Origin: Cyanobacteria bacterium P01_D01_bin.156
GTDB taxonomy: Bacteria; Cyanobacteriota; Cyanobacteriia; Phormidesmidales; Phormidesmidaceae
NCBI GenBank assembly: GCA_039024555.1
Contig: JBCCQQ010000017.1
Coordinates: forward strand, 1 to 64,000
Reading direction: 5' to 3'
DNA length: 64,000 bases
In this document: positions 40,425-50,420 of the stretch, piece after piece
How positions within the stretch are numbered: position 1 is the first letter of the stretch
How the letters are laid out: each line of letters begins with the position of its first letter
Notes under the pieces: model-generated
Databases searched by the model: none
Told to the model about the DNA's origin: nothing
The model's input: only the letters and a program-made list of their open reading frames with translations
Made by a program: the position numbers and the translations under genes

Positions 40425-40919
40425 GTGGACAATCAAAATATGCTCTTGCTAAAACTGTTTCGATCCACGGATTATCTCTGGAAACTGTTCATGGGTAGTG
40501 TGGTTATGCTCACACTTTTTCCCACAGTTGCTTTGAGTCAGAACAACCAGTCGGATGTTACCGGTCCTAATCTATCAGATGTCACTGGACCAAACCTATC
40601 GGACGTTACTGGCCCTAATCAATCTGACAATACTGGCATTTTAAGGGAAGAAATTTTTCAAACTTCCACTGGCGACTTTGTCACTCTCGGAGAATTCTTC
40701 CAGGACTTTTTTGAAACCTATGGAGAAGAATTTGCCTTAGATTCTAGCGGTAGCCTAGAAGAAAGCTTGAGGGAGGTCGGCCGAGCCTGTTCTAATGATC
40801 AGCCCAATAGCACTGCCTGCATTGAGTTTAGCGATCTTGTGCAAGTTGCTAGACTGTCTCTAGAAAACTATAGACGGACCGCTAATGAGTCGCTTCCAGC
40901 CAATCGTCGAGTGTGGTAG
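40425..40919 (+). CDS. Small secreted protein with N-terminal octapeptide repeats
   Basis: Signal peptide (..PTVALS|Q), repeats of N(Q/L)SDVTGP, helical C-terminus with a Cys pair. Confidence 0.78.
   Translation: MDNQNMLLLKLFRSTDYLWKLFMGSVVMLTLFPTVALSQNNQSDVTGPNLSDVTGPNLSDVTGPNQSDNTGILREEIFQTSTGDFVTLGEFFQDFFETYGEEFALDSSGSLEESLREVGRACSNDQPNSTACIEFSDLVQVARLSLENYRRTANESLPANRRVW
40545..40637 (+). repeat. 24-bp tandem repeat, ~3.9 copies, encoding N(Q/L)SD(V/N)TG(P)
   Basis: AACCAGTCGGATGTTACCGGTCCT / AATCTATCAGATGTCACTGGACCA / AACCTATCGGACGTTACTGGCCCT / AATCAATCTGACAATACTGGC. Confidence 0.9.
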
Positions 40920-41036
40920 TAACTCTTTTGACACGTGGGGTATTCTCCTTGAGATGGACACCATTGTTAAATTTGGCTTTCTAGCGCTCAACGGATGTTG
41001 CTCCGTCTAGGGGAATTTAAGAAACAATACAGTGAT

Positions 41037-41075
41037 GGGCAGGTTTTTATTATGGGAGACCTGCCCTTAATTTTT
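41037..41075 (+). terminator. Probable terminator after the barrel/repeat-protein pair
   Basis: GGGCAGGT...ACCTGCCC stem followed by TTAATTTTT. Confidence 0.6.
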
Positions 41076-41132
41076 GTGGTATTGCTATTCTTGAACTATC
41101 TCCCTACGGAGAAGTGAGAAACCACAATTACG

Positions 41133-42215
41133 ATGAGAATAGTCGGGTTGCCAGAACATCGCAAAATCTTGCATGTGGATATGGATGCCTTTTATGCGTC
41201 CATTGAGCAGCGAGATAATGTTGACTATCGACAGCGTCCCATTGTGGTTGGTGGCCGTCCAGAGCAGCGAGGGGCGGTGGCTGCTGCCAGCTATGAGGCC
41301 AGACGTTATGGGATTCATTCAGCGATGCCGGCTCGCGTGGCTGTGCAGCGCTGCCCCCACGTTATTTTTGTGCGTCCTCGATTTGATGTGTATCGAGAGG
41401 TTTCGGAGCAGATTCGAGCCATTTTTCGGGACTATACAGAATTAGTGGAACCCCTATCTTTGGATGAAGCCTATCTGGATGTTACGGGGTGTGAGTCTGC
41501 GATCGCAACTGCTAAAGCCATCAAACAGCGGATTGTAGACACCACACAGCTCACCGCATCGGCGGGGGTATCGATTAATAAGTTTTTAGCCAAAATGGCC
41601 TCTGATGTGAACAAACCTAACGGGCTCTATGTCATTTTGCCCCAGGATGCCATGGCCTTTATTGCCACCCTTACCATCGAAAAATTCCATGGTATTGGAC
41701 CAGCTACCGCCCGGAAAATGAAGCAACTGGGTATTAGCACAGGAGCCGACCTGCAACAGTGGAACGAACCTGACCTGGTGGAGCACTTTGGTAAAGTTGG
41801 TCGTCACTATTTTCGGATTGCCAATGCTCAAGATAATCGCCCGGTAGATCCTAATCGCATTCGTAAATCCATTGGAGCTGAGCGCAGCTTTACCGAGGAT
41901 TTGATGAGCTTAGACTCAATGACAATGGCCCTAACCAAGATTGTGACGGACGTAGAAGAGCGCTTGCTCAAGGCCAAAAAGATGGGCTACACCTTAACGC
42001 TAAAAATTAAATATGCCGACTATCGTCAAATTACCCGTAGTCGCACCGTCGAGATTCCCATGCAGCGGGCTACGGAGATGGGACCCCTAGCCCAAGCATT
42101 GCTAGAACATTACCTAGAACCGACACCCCAGGTGAGGCTTTTAGGAGTGGCTATGGCTAATTTGGTGCCTGCGACCTATGGAGGATATCAACAACTGTCG
42201 TTGCCTGTGCAGTAG
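41133..42215 (+). CDS. dinB: DNA polymerase IV
   Basis: KILHVDMDAFYASIE, AASYEARRYGIHSAM, SLDEAYLD, KFLAKMASD..KPNG, RLLGV. Confidence 0.96.
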   Translation: MRIVGLPEHRKILHVDMDAFYASIEQRDNVDYRQRPIVVGGRPEQRGAVAAASYEARRYGIHSAMPARVAVQRCPHVIFVRPRFDVYREVSEQIRAIFRDYTELVEPLSLDEAYLDVTGCESAIATAKAIKQRIVDTTQLTASAGVSINKFLAKMASDVNKPNGLYVILPQDAMAFIATLTIEKFHGIGPATARKMKQLGISTGADLQQWNEPDLVEHFGKVGRHYFRIANAQDNRPVDPNRIRKSIGAERSFTEDLMSLDSMTMALTKIVTDVEERLLKAKKMGYTLTLKIKYADYRQITRSRTVEIPMQRATEMGPLAQALLEHYLEPTPQVRLLGVAMANLVPATYGGYQQLSLPVQ

Positions 42216-42260
42216 TTGGCTGCCAATGCGTCCCTGTCTCGACGGCTCTATTCCCGTGTA

Positions 42261-44552
42261 CTAACGCTTGAGCAGATCGCTGATGCTTAAACCGTCTTGG
42301 TTAGTGCTGCCATTTTTACCAGCGGCCACTAGAACCTTGGGATGTTCATGGGACATTAGCTCATCGTTGGCTGTGGGGAATTCAGGTTTGGTATCGTAGC
42401 CGTAGGCAGAATAGTACTTGTAACCATTGCCCTGAGCCTTAACACCGTTGGCGACCATCCCTAGTACCGGAATGTTGGTAAAACTGATGTTGTCCATGGC
42501 ATGGCCGAGAATGTTGCGATCGCAAGTATTGATTCGAGATACCAAAATCAATCCATCCGTATGTGGAGCAATTAACGTAGCATCAGCCAAACCAACAATG
42601 GGTGGAGCATCATAAACAATCAGATCAAACTCTTTTTCCAACCGTCGCATCAACAACCGCATCCGTTTAGAAGATAACAGCTTGACAGGGTCAGGAGGGA
42701 GCGTACCAGCTGTGATTGCATAAAAATGCAGAAAGGGCATGGCCTTATTTAATACATTACCCACGCTAGCGTTGCCCGATAGTAGGTCGCTTAGCCCTTT
42801 GCTGTTGTTAATTCCTAATCGATGATGTACCGTAGGCCGTCGCAGATCCGTATCCACTAATAAAACCCGTTTACCCATGGTGGCGGCTGTTTGAGCTAGA
42901 TGTCTGGCTACCGTTGATTTTCCTTCATTGGGCATTGCCGAACTGAGAATAACCGACTGAATGGGCCGATCGGCCCCCATCAACATCAAATTTGTCTGCA
43001 ACAGTCGCATAGATTCCAAAAACTGCGAGCCACCATATCCGTAGTAGCCATTGGTTGTTGCCGGATCTTTCTTAACCAGCTGTTGTTTTAGCCACTGGTC
43101 TATACCTCCGGCCTGCTGCGTATGGGCATCATCAAACTCTGGCTGGTACGGAATTGTCCCCAGTAAAGGTAGTTTTACGATTCCCTTGAGTTCATCTACC
43201 GTACGACAAACCGTATCTAACTTCTCCAGGAGTAGAGCTGCCCCTACGCTTACCAATAGACTAGCCACAATGCCGAGTACCAAACTACGTTTGGCATTGG
43301 GAGAAATCGGAACCTCTGGTTTGCTAGGTGCTTCAATCACTTCCCAAGGAATTTCCGTTTGGGCCGCTTCGATTTGTAACGTCTCTCGGGTTTCCAAAAA
43401 TCGCCCCAGGGCACCGACGGCAATGTCCAACTCCCGCTGTAGGTCGCTATATTGTCGGGCCAGGGTGGGCAGCTGGGTCAGCGTATTTTGTAACTGAGCT
43501 TCTGCCGCTGCAATCGTCTGATTTTGAGTTTCCAAGATTTGAATGGCATTTTCAGCTTCGATATAGCGGGCATTTACCACGCGCTGGGCCTCTGCCTCAA
43601 TCACCGGCAGCATCCTGGTCCGTTGCTCTTCGAGGATCTGAATCCTAAGACTGCCCGGCTGAAACCGTGTTAATTCTGTGGCAATTTCTGTTTCTACCTG
43701 ACGCAGTTCTTGAATCAGCTGCTGGTATACCGGTGCCATCTGTAAGGCTACTTCGCCGCCGCCGTCTGCCAATAACAACTCATAGTTCGCCCGTGCTTCT
43801 GCTAGCTGTCGGTCTACTGCTAACCGCTGGGTGCTCAGCTGCTGGATCTGGGCTGCAATTTGTTGGTTTTGAGTTGCTGGATCGATAAAGTTGTAAGTCT
43901 GACGAAATCTTTCCAGCTGGCCTTGGAGTTCGTTTACACGGTCTTGGAGCTCTGGCAGCTGACCAGCTACAAACTGAATTCCCTGACGCAAATTGGTTTG
44001 GCGCTCGTCCAAACTGTATTTGAGATATACGGTAGCTAGGGCATCCAGAGTGGCCTGAATTTTTGTAGGATCCGTGCCGCGATAGCTTACCTCAATAATT
44101 TTGGTCTCTCCCACTCGTCGGATGGTGAGATTTCTGAGTAGACTCTCATAGTCTAGGTTTGGATCAACCGTTTTTAGCTCTTCTATCACCTGGTCAATGA
44201 GTTCAGGGCTGCGTAATACCTGTACTTGCGTTTCATAGTCTAGCCCTGATTGTTTTGTAGAGGCACCTTCTGCGAGTAAACCACTTAAATCGGAGAAATT
44301 ATTGTCTGCATTAACCGGTTCCACTAGGACTTCAAAATTTCCCTCGTAGACTGGTTCCTGACGCAGGGTGTTAAACATAACCGTTCCCAGGACTCCAGCC
44401 GCCACCCCAGTGATCATTAAAGACCGACGACGCAATACTGTGAGCAACTGGGCCAAATCCAGCTCATCGTCATCCCTGGCCCATGGCATTGGTGTGGGCG
44501 TAATTGCTAAACCGTTAGGGGGAGCACCGTTGGCTGAAGCAAAATTATCCAT
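42261..44552 (-). CDS. wzc: Polysaccharide co-polymerase / BY-kinase (Wzc/GumC)
   Basis: Two TM helices around a coiled coil; SSAMPNEGKST, LLVDTDLRRP, DAPP; C-terminal Tyr cluster GYKYYSAYGY. Confidence 0.92.
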   Translation of the reverse strand: MDNFASANGAPPNGLAITPTPMPWARDDDELDLAQLLTVLRRRSLMITGVAAGVLGTVMFNTLRQEPVYEGNFEVLVEPVNADNNFSDLSGLLAEGASTKQSGLDYETQVQVLRSPELIDQVIEELKTVDPNLDYESLLRNLTIRRVGETKIIEVSYRGTDPTKIQATLDALATVYLKYSLDERQTNLRQGIQFVAGQLPELQDRVNELQGQLERFRQTYNFIDPATQNQQIAAQIQQLSTQRLAVDRQLAEARANYELLLADGGGEVALQMAPVYQQLIQELRQVETEIATELTRFQPGSLRIQILEEQRTRMLPVIEAEAQRVVNARYIEAENAIQILETQNQTIAAAEAQLQNTLTQLPTLARQYSDLQRELDIAVGALGRFLETRETLQIEAAQTEIPWEVIEAPSKPEVPISPNAKRSLVLGIVASLLVSVGAALLLEKLDTVCRTVDELKGIVKLPLLGTIPYQPEFDDAHTQQAGGIDQWLKQQLVKKDPATTNGYYGYGGSQFLESMRLLQTNLMLMGADRPIQSVILSSAMPNEGKSTVARHLAQTAATMGKRVLLVDTDLRRPTVHHRLGINNSKGLSDLLSGNASVGNVLNKAMPFLHFYAITAGTLPPDPVKLLSSKRMRLLMRRLEKEFDLIVYDAPPIVGLADATLIAPHTDGLILVSRINTCDRNILGHAMDNISFTNIPVLGMVANGVKAQGNGYKYYSAYGYDTKPEFPTANDELMSHEHPKVLVAAGKNGSTNQDGLSISDLLKR

Positions 44553-44610
44553 AGGACAAATTAAAAATAAACTTAGAGTCTAAGCGATCAAAAAAGAGAT
44601 AAATGGGCTG

Positions 44611-46041
44611 TTAAAAGAGATTTCGGAATGGCAAAATTTGCAGGAAGGGACGCAAAATACTGCTAACACTATCAGTAAATCGAGCCGTTGCATTAGGATC
44701 AACAACAACAATGTCGTTATGCTGCAAAATCGGATTTCTCTCGTCGTCTAGTCCTTGAGCCAGGTCTACCTCAATGGCTCGTTGGGTCACCGAACCATTA
44801 GGATTCAACCGAATTAAGGCCACCTTTTCTTTGGCTCGGTTGTTGAAGCCACCGGCGGCTAATACCGCCTGGTTCAGGGTAGTGTTAGCCGCCACAGCCA
44901 CCGGACCAGGAGATTCCACTTCGCCAACAACATTAACGGCAATGGAGTCTGGCGACAGGTTGGTAGCGGTGAGAATACTAATCTGATCGGGGGTAGCGTT
45001 AAAGTCGGTGGGTACCAAAATGGTGTCGCCTTCTTGCAAAATCAAGTCCTGTCCCCGGTCTCCTGCCTCCACCAGCTGCCATAGGTTGAGGTCAATAATG
45101 CGACTCTCGCCAGAGCGCATCGTCCGTTTCACCTGTACCTGACGCAGGTCCGCCATGGGTTTGACGCCACCAGCCAGCTGTAGCGCCCGGGTTACCGTTA
45201 ATCGCCCCGGCTGTTGAACGCTGGCGTTGTTCCCCACTACGGACTGGCTAGAACTAGAGCGAGAGGCGTAGTTATAGGTGCCGGGGCTAAATACTTCTCC
45301 TACGATTGCCACACTAATGGGTGCCTGGGCATCGGTAGAGATGTTAGATAGGGCAATCTGTCGAGACGCTTCGAGATCAATCTCCTCCGCTTGAGTGATA
45401 ACAATGGAGTCCCCATCCCGTAGGGAAAAATCTTGACTGAGGTCGCCCTGCCGCAACAGAGCTGACAGATTACTGATTACTCGCTGGATGCCGCCATTTT
45501 CCACCTGGCGCTGAATTTCCACCTGGCGCAGATCCGCTGCTTGGGTAATTCCCCCGGCTAGTTTAATAGCTTCGATCAAGCTGGGAAACTGGCCTTGTTC
45601 TCCGATATTTAGGGTGTAAAGACCCGGCGCGTGAATTTCTCCTGTAAGGGCTACACGCAGCTGACGGGGCGTGAGCAGGTTCACGGTAATTTGGGGATAG
45701 CGCACTTCGGTGCTGTATTTTGTACTGATAGCCTGTTCTGCCTGCGCTAGAGTGAGGCCATTGACGGATACTTGACCCACTGCAGGTAAGTTTACATTGC
45801 CATTAGCTAGGACTCGTTGTTGGCCGCTGTATTCTGGAACATTAAATACATCGACGGTAATTAAGTCCCCAGGCCCTAGAAGATAATTTTCATCTAGTAG
45901 AGTGACCGGAGCTACAGTATTGCCAGTCAAAATTGGTAAAGTCGCTAGGGCTATCTGTGCGCTGCTGACCACAGTTCCTAGGGCCAATCCGGCCCCGATA
46001 ATAGTACGAACTACGGTAGAAAAACTGACAAGGTTGGTCAT
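44611..46041 (-). CDS. wza: Polysaccharide export protein (Wza-like, several SLBB domains)
   Basis: YLLGPGDLITVDVF, repeated GEV..PG / LAGG....ADLRQV / L..GD.I.V motifs. Confidence 0.9.
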   Translation of the reverse strand: MTNLVSFSTVVRTIIGAGLALGTVVSSAQIALATLPILTGNTVAPVTLLDENYLLGPGDLITVDVFNVPEYSGQQRVLANGNVNLPAVGQVSVNGLTLAQAEQAISTKYSTEVRYPQITVNLLTPRQLRVALTGEIHAPGLYTLNIGEQGQFPSLIEAIKLAGGITQAADLRQVEIQRQVENGGIQRVISNLSALLRQGDLSQDFSLRDGDSIVITQAEEIDLEASRQIALSNISTDAQAPISVAIVGEVFSPGTYNYASRSSSSQSVVGNNASVQQPGRLTVTRALQLAGGVKPMADLRQVQVKRTMRSGESRIIDLNLWQLVEAGDRGQDLILQEGDTILVPTDFNATPDQISILTATNLSPDSIAVNVVGEVESPGPVAVAANTTLNQAVLAAGGFNNRAKEKVALIRLNPNGSVTQRAIEVDLAQGLDDERNPILQHNDIVVVDPNATARFTDSVSSILRPFLQILPFRNLF

Positions 46042-47043
46042 TGATGTTAAAACCTGCAGACATTATCAGTGGAGAATTAAGCACAGCGTTGCTATGGAAG
46101 CGAATAATTCAAGCCCCTTAGGATAACTGCGATTGTAATTGCAATAAATCCGGAAAACTTAATGGTTCTGTCGGGTTTTAACGGGAGATAGACATTAGGA
46201 CATTCTCTTCTAAAATGAACTCTCTTCCCCTATTGGAAAATAATTTAAGGCCTTTATGTTGTCTAATAATTCAAAGTGTAATTGGCTTAATAATTAACCT
46301 CAGACGATACTAATATCCTATTCGTTTGCCTAGATACGGCTTGATCTTCTAGGAAAAAGCATGGGTTTCTTCGTGTGGGAATCGTTTTTATCCAGAAAGC
46401 GGCAATTATTTTGGTATAACCTTTATGGTGGATTTACTTAGCACAGACAAGAATTAACTTAAAAATGACTGCTTTGTGGTTATTTCATTTTTATTTCTTG
46501 AATTGCTGATGACAAGAAACGATTTTATTTACTCAATATTTTATTTCCGTATTCTTTACTTCTTTAGTCCTGAAACGCTGCTCTATATTTGAACGTGTTG
46601 TAGACTTTCCGAGTCAATTTTGTTTCCTATACCTAAGTCTTGGGTAGGCTTGTAGTATATGGAAATGTCTGCATCGAATCGTTTATCGAGTAAATCAATG
46701 CATCTGCTGTGCAGGCAACAAATTTTAGATGGGTTTTACAGGGTTGATCGAGTATTTCTGATTTGTCGATGACTACCTATCAAAGGGGTTTAATGACCGT
46801 AATGTCACATAAATCAGCAGTAGTGAAAGTCGCTATCATCTCGTCCGTTAAAGCAATATCACCCGTGTTTTTTGGGTTGGTAAAACCCAGATTCTAATGT
46901 TTGGGTGTCGTTGATGCTGTGTGTGGTTTTATCTGAAAAAATATAGTTGTCTGTGTTTTAGGCAGATAATTTCATGCTCTAAATTAGCAGCGGCACTGTT
47001 TGTAGCATATTGAACATCTGTCCTGTTCGCTATTGGCATTGGT

Positions 47044-48114
47044 GTGATGCTTAATCTTTTAGCATTGTCGTTTGTCTCTGACTATGTCTTTTATTTGGTT
47101 GCGTTTGCCAGTGCGTTTTCTGTTGTATTAGTTAGTGTTCCTGTTGTTCGTTATGTAGCCATTTATGGTGGTTGGGTAGATGTGCCCTGCGATCGCAAAG
47201 TTCATAAAAACCCCACAGTACGTTTAGGGGGGCTAGCTATTTTTGCTGGAACTGTTGCAACGGCTACAGGCCTCTGGTGTGTCGGTGGCTTTAGTGGCCT
47301 ACTTTCTAAAGAACAGCAAGAGATCTTAGTTATGTTGTGGGGGGGGACTGGTTACTTCCTGCTCGGTTTTTTGGATGATCTGTATTCTCTATCACCTAAG
47401 TTTCGCTTAGGATGTCAGTTGGCCATTGCAACCTTAGTGTGGTGCTTTGGTATTCGCATTGATTTTATTACAGTGCCCGGTTTTGGCCTTGTGCATCTGG
47501 CCTGGCTTAGTTTGCCTGTTACCCTGCTGTGGATTGCAGGGATGGTGAATGCCATCAACTGGATTGATGGTCTTGATGGGCTAGCATCCGGTGTGAGCGC
47601 TATTTCTACGCTAATCACCGTTGGCATTTGTTTATTTGTTGGTGAGCCCTCAGTAGCCCTGTTAGCGCTGTGTCTACTGGGCAGCCTTTGTGGCTTTTTG
47701 GTGTATAACTTTAATCCAGCCTGGATTTTTATGGGCGATGGCGGATCTTATTTTATTGGCTTTATGCTGGCGGTAATCAGCATTACCGGTCTAGTGAAAG
47801 GGGCTACAGCCATAACAATTCCCTTTGTCGTTCTGGCTGTTCCCATCTTTGATATGGCACTTGTGATTATTTCGAGGTTAGTTCGTCGAAAATCTCCCTT
47901 TGAAGCCGACAAAAGTCATTTACATCACAGATTGCTCAGGGTGGGTTTACCCCATCGATTAACGGTGTTGTTTATTTATGCCCTTAGCTTCTGGATCGGT
48001 AGTTGGGCTTTTACATTAGCCCCGATTCCCAATGGGTTGTTGGTCTTGTTAGTTGCAACCCTTGTTTTAGGTCTCATGTTCTGGCAAGCCTGGCAGGTAG
48101 CGCGTGTTTCATAG
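47044..48114 (+). CDS. Undecaprenyl-phosphate GlcNAc-1-phosphate transferase (WecA/TagO, MraY family)
   Basis: RKVH..P..RLGGLAIF, GFLDD, NAINWIDGLDGLA, IFMGDGGS, HLHHRLL. Confidence 0.92.
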   Translation: MMLNLLALSFVSDYVFYLVAFASAFSVVLVSVPVVRYVAIYGGWVDVPCDRKVHKNPTVRLGGLAIFAGTVATATGLWCVGGFSGLLSKEQQEILVMLWGGTGYFLLGFLDDLYSLSPKFRLGCQLAIATLVWCFGIRIDFITVPGFGLVHLAWLSLPVTLLWIAGMVNAINWIDGLDGLASGVSAISTLITVGICLFVGEPSVALLALCLLGSLCGFLVYNFNPAWIFMGDGGSYFIGFMLAVISITGLVKGATAITIPFVVLAVPIFDMALVIISRLVRRKSPFEADKSHLHHRLLRVGLPHRLTVLFIYALSFWIGSWAFTLAPIPNGLLVLLVATLVLGLMFWQAWQVARVS

Positions 48115-48301
48115 AGGTTTGAACTTTAGAGAATGTGTGAGCTTCTAAAAACTTACGGTTTGCTGTCTGTATAGGCTATGGGCCTTAAAGCTTTGACCTG
48201 TTTAACAAGTCTCCCATTGTGTAGAGACTTATCAAATTTTATTTATTTCTCAGCTAAACGCTCGCTGCTTTTTTGTAGCTCAATCATTAATTTTCTTTCC
48301 T

Positions 48302-49609
48302 ATGGTTCTTGGCAAAATTGATACGCCCCCCAATGCTGCCTATTTTGTAGAGCGCACAGAAGGTTGTTCTACACAGCAAACTATAAAACTGGTAACCCAG
48401 TTTTTTGCACCAGACTATGCGGCTACAGGACAGTTGTTGGATGAGTTGGTACGACAGCTGGCAAAACAAGGAATGCCAGTGGAAGTATTTACAGGGCAGC
48501 CAGGATATGCAGATGGGATAGAATCAGCTCCCCATCATGAAACGTCTCACAATTTGGATATTCGTCGCTCACGTTTAACAAAACTGTGGTCTAGACGAAT
48601 TCGTGGTAAGGCACTAAATGGTGTGTTGTTTATGATTCGAGCGTTTTTTCATCTGTTGTTTGATGGGAAAGACAAAATGCTGTTGCTGACAACAGCTCCT
48701 CCGTTTTTGCCAGTGGTAGGGTATTTGATTAGTCTGTTGTTTAATACACCCTACGTTGTTATTCTCTACGATCTGTATCCGGATATCGCTATTGAGCTGG
48801 GGGTGGTGGACTATCACCATCCGGTGGCGAAGCTGTGGCGCTGGGTGAATCAGCGGGTGTGGCGTCGGGCAAAGTCGTTAATTGTGTTGAGTCCGTCGAT
48901 GAAGGAACGGGTGGTAGGGCACTGTCCGGATATTGCGGATCGTGTGGAGGTAATCCATAGCTGGGCGGACCCCGAACTGATAAAACCCATAGAAAAGAAG
49001 GATAATTGGTTTGCCCGCCAGCATGGCTTAGTAGACACGTTTACGGTTCTATATTCGGGGAATATGGGCCGCTGCCATGATATTGATACGATCTTTGAAG
49101 CGGCCAAGTTGTTGCGGAATGAGCCGATTAAGTTTGTATGTATTGGTGGCGGGGCGAAACGTGAAAAGTTGATTGATGATGTTAAGGCGGAGGGTTTGGA
49201 TGAGAACTTTTTGTTTTTGCCTTATCAAGACAAGAAGGATATTCCGTATTCGATGACGGCCTGTGATGTGTCGTTGGTTAGTGTGAGTGAAGGGATGGAG
49301 AGTTTGGTGGCTCCAAGTAAATTGTATCCGGCCTTAGCTGCAGATCGACCAATTGCGGTGATCTGTCCCCAGAGTGCCTATTTACGGAAGTTGATCAGCC
49401 AGGCTCGCTGTGGTGCTAGCTTTATCAATGGAGATAGTGCTGGGCTAGCCAAGTTCCTTCGTCAACTTTCCCAGACCCCCAATCAGAAACGAACGATGAG
49501 TGACGCTGGTCGCAGATATCTAGAGGCATTTTTTACGGTTGATGTAATTGCTAAACAATATGCCTCTGTTCTAAGCAAGGTCAGCTTGCCTCAGCGCGGA
49601 ACTCAATAA
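48302..49609 (+). CDS. Glycosyltransferase family 4 (WcaI/WbuB-like)
   Basis: TQFFAPDYAATGQLL, YDLYPDIA, LYSGNMGRCH, APSKLY. Confidence 0.92.
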   Translation: MVLGKIDTPPNAAYFVERTEGCSTQQTIKLVTQFFAPDYAATGQLLDELVRQLAKQGMPVEVFTGQPGYADGIESAPHHETSHNLDIRRSRLTKLWSRRIRGKALNGVLFMIRAFFHLLFDGKDKMLLLTTAPPFLPVVGYLISLLFNTPYVVILYDLYPDIAIELGVVDYHHPVAKLWRWVNQRVWRRAKSLIVLSPSMKERVVGHCPDIADRVEVIHSWADPELIKPIEKKDNWFARQHGLVDTFTVLYSGNMGRCHDIDTIFEAAKLLRNEPIKFVCIGGGAKREKLIDDVKAEGLDENFLFLPYQDKKDIPYSMTACDVSLVSVSEGMESLVAPSKLYPALAADRPIAVICPQSAYLRKLISQARCGASFINGDSAGLAKFLRQLSQTPNQKRTMSDAGRRYLEAFFTVDVIAKQYASVLSKVSLPQRGTQ

Positions 49610-49904
49610 ATAATATCCAGTGCTCTAATTTTCTATCATGTGTAATATTCTACCTCCCTGTAAAATTTGTACGGGTGTCATATGTATACGTAGTCTTCTT
49701 TAAACCGGAATATATGAGATTTTCTGTAATTCTGAATAGGTTTACGACTGTAAACAATCGTTTATAACTCTCACTATAATTATTCCCGCTAGTTTAGGCG
49801 GGCTACTTGTTACAAGAGGGAGCATGGGCTTTGGTGGTCTACGGATCTCAGTCTCTCCCACCGTAGCCTTCTTTTTGTCAGAGGCCGAACGATAGGATGG
49901 ATCT

Positions 49905-50351
49905 ATGCAAAAGTCTGTGCCAACAAATAGTCCTAAGAGTCGTAATCGCAGGCGTTCTAAACGTCGCCAAATCTGTTGCCCTCACCATGGGTGTTTGGTA
50001 ATCAGCACCAGTCCCAAGTATCCCCTCTACGCGGATCGGGCAGAACATCTTAGCCAGCGAGGAATGGGGTGTACCCTGGCGAAGCGGGTGATAGCCACCC
50101 ACACCACTGTGCTGCTGAAGGGAGAATGGTTGGAGCAGTTTTGGTGCGATCATTGTGAAGCCAGACACTGGTATTACATTAAAGAATCCCTACCTCGAAG
50201 CTATCGCGTTAGCTTTGCCCCCGAGGAACTATGGCACCAGGTGCAAGGGGGCATTCATCCTCAGGGAAACCCATCCGTGGGAGAATTTACCCGACGACAA
50301 TCGAAAATAGTCACCTACCGTGGCATCCGCGACTTCCAGGCCATTGGCTAA
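49905..50351 (+). CDS. Small basic Cys/His-rich hypothetical protein
   Basis: ICCPHHG...WLEQFWCDHC...GNPSVGEFT; Arg-rich N-terminus. Confidence 0.75.
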   Translation: MQKSVPTNSPKSRNRRRSKRRQICCPHHGCLVISTSPKYPLYADRAEHLSQRGMGCTLAKRVIATHTTVLLKGEWLEQFWCDHCEARHWYYIKESLPRSYRVSFAPEELWHQVQGGIHPQGNPSVGEFTRRQSKIVTYRGIRDFQAIG

Positions 50352-50420
50352 GCGTGTCTCTGCGGTTCTCATGGAACATGCAATCGTCATACCCCATAAC
50401 CTATTCCCTATTTCGAAATC

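Noticed and set aside
40545..40637. CRISPR array or graspetide RiPP locus
   Set aside because: The units abut without spacers and lie in frame in a CDS. No cas or ATP-grasp genes are present, and the protein has a Sec-type signal.
41078..41091. LexA box upstream of dinB (GGTATTGCTATTCT)
   Set aside because: Two mismatches at core positions of the cyanobacterial RGTACNNNDGTWCB consensus.
46042..47043. JUMPstart/ops element or hidden gene in the 1-kb wza-wecA gap
   Set aside because: No GGCGGTAG was seen and no credible ORF; it looks like an AT-rich divergent promoter region.
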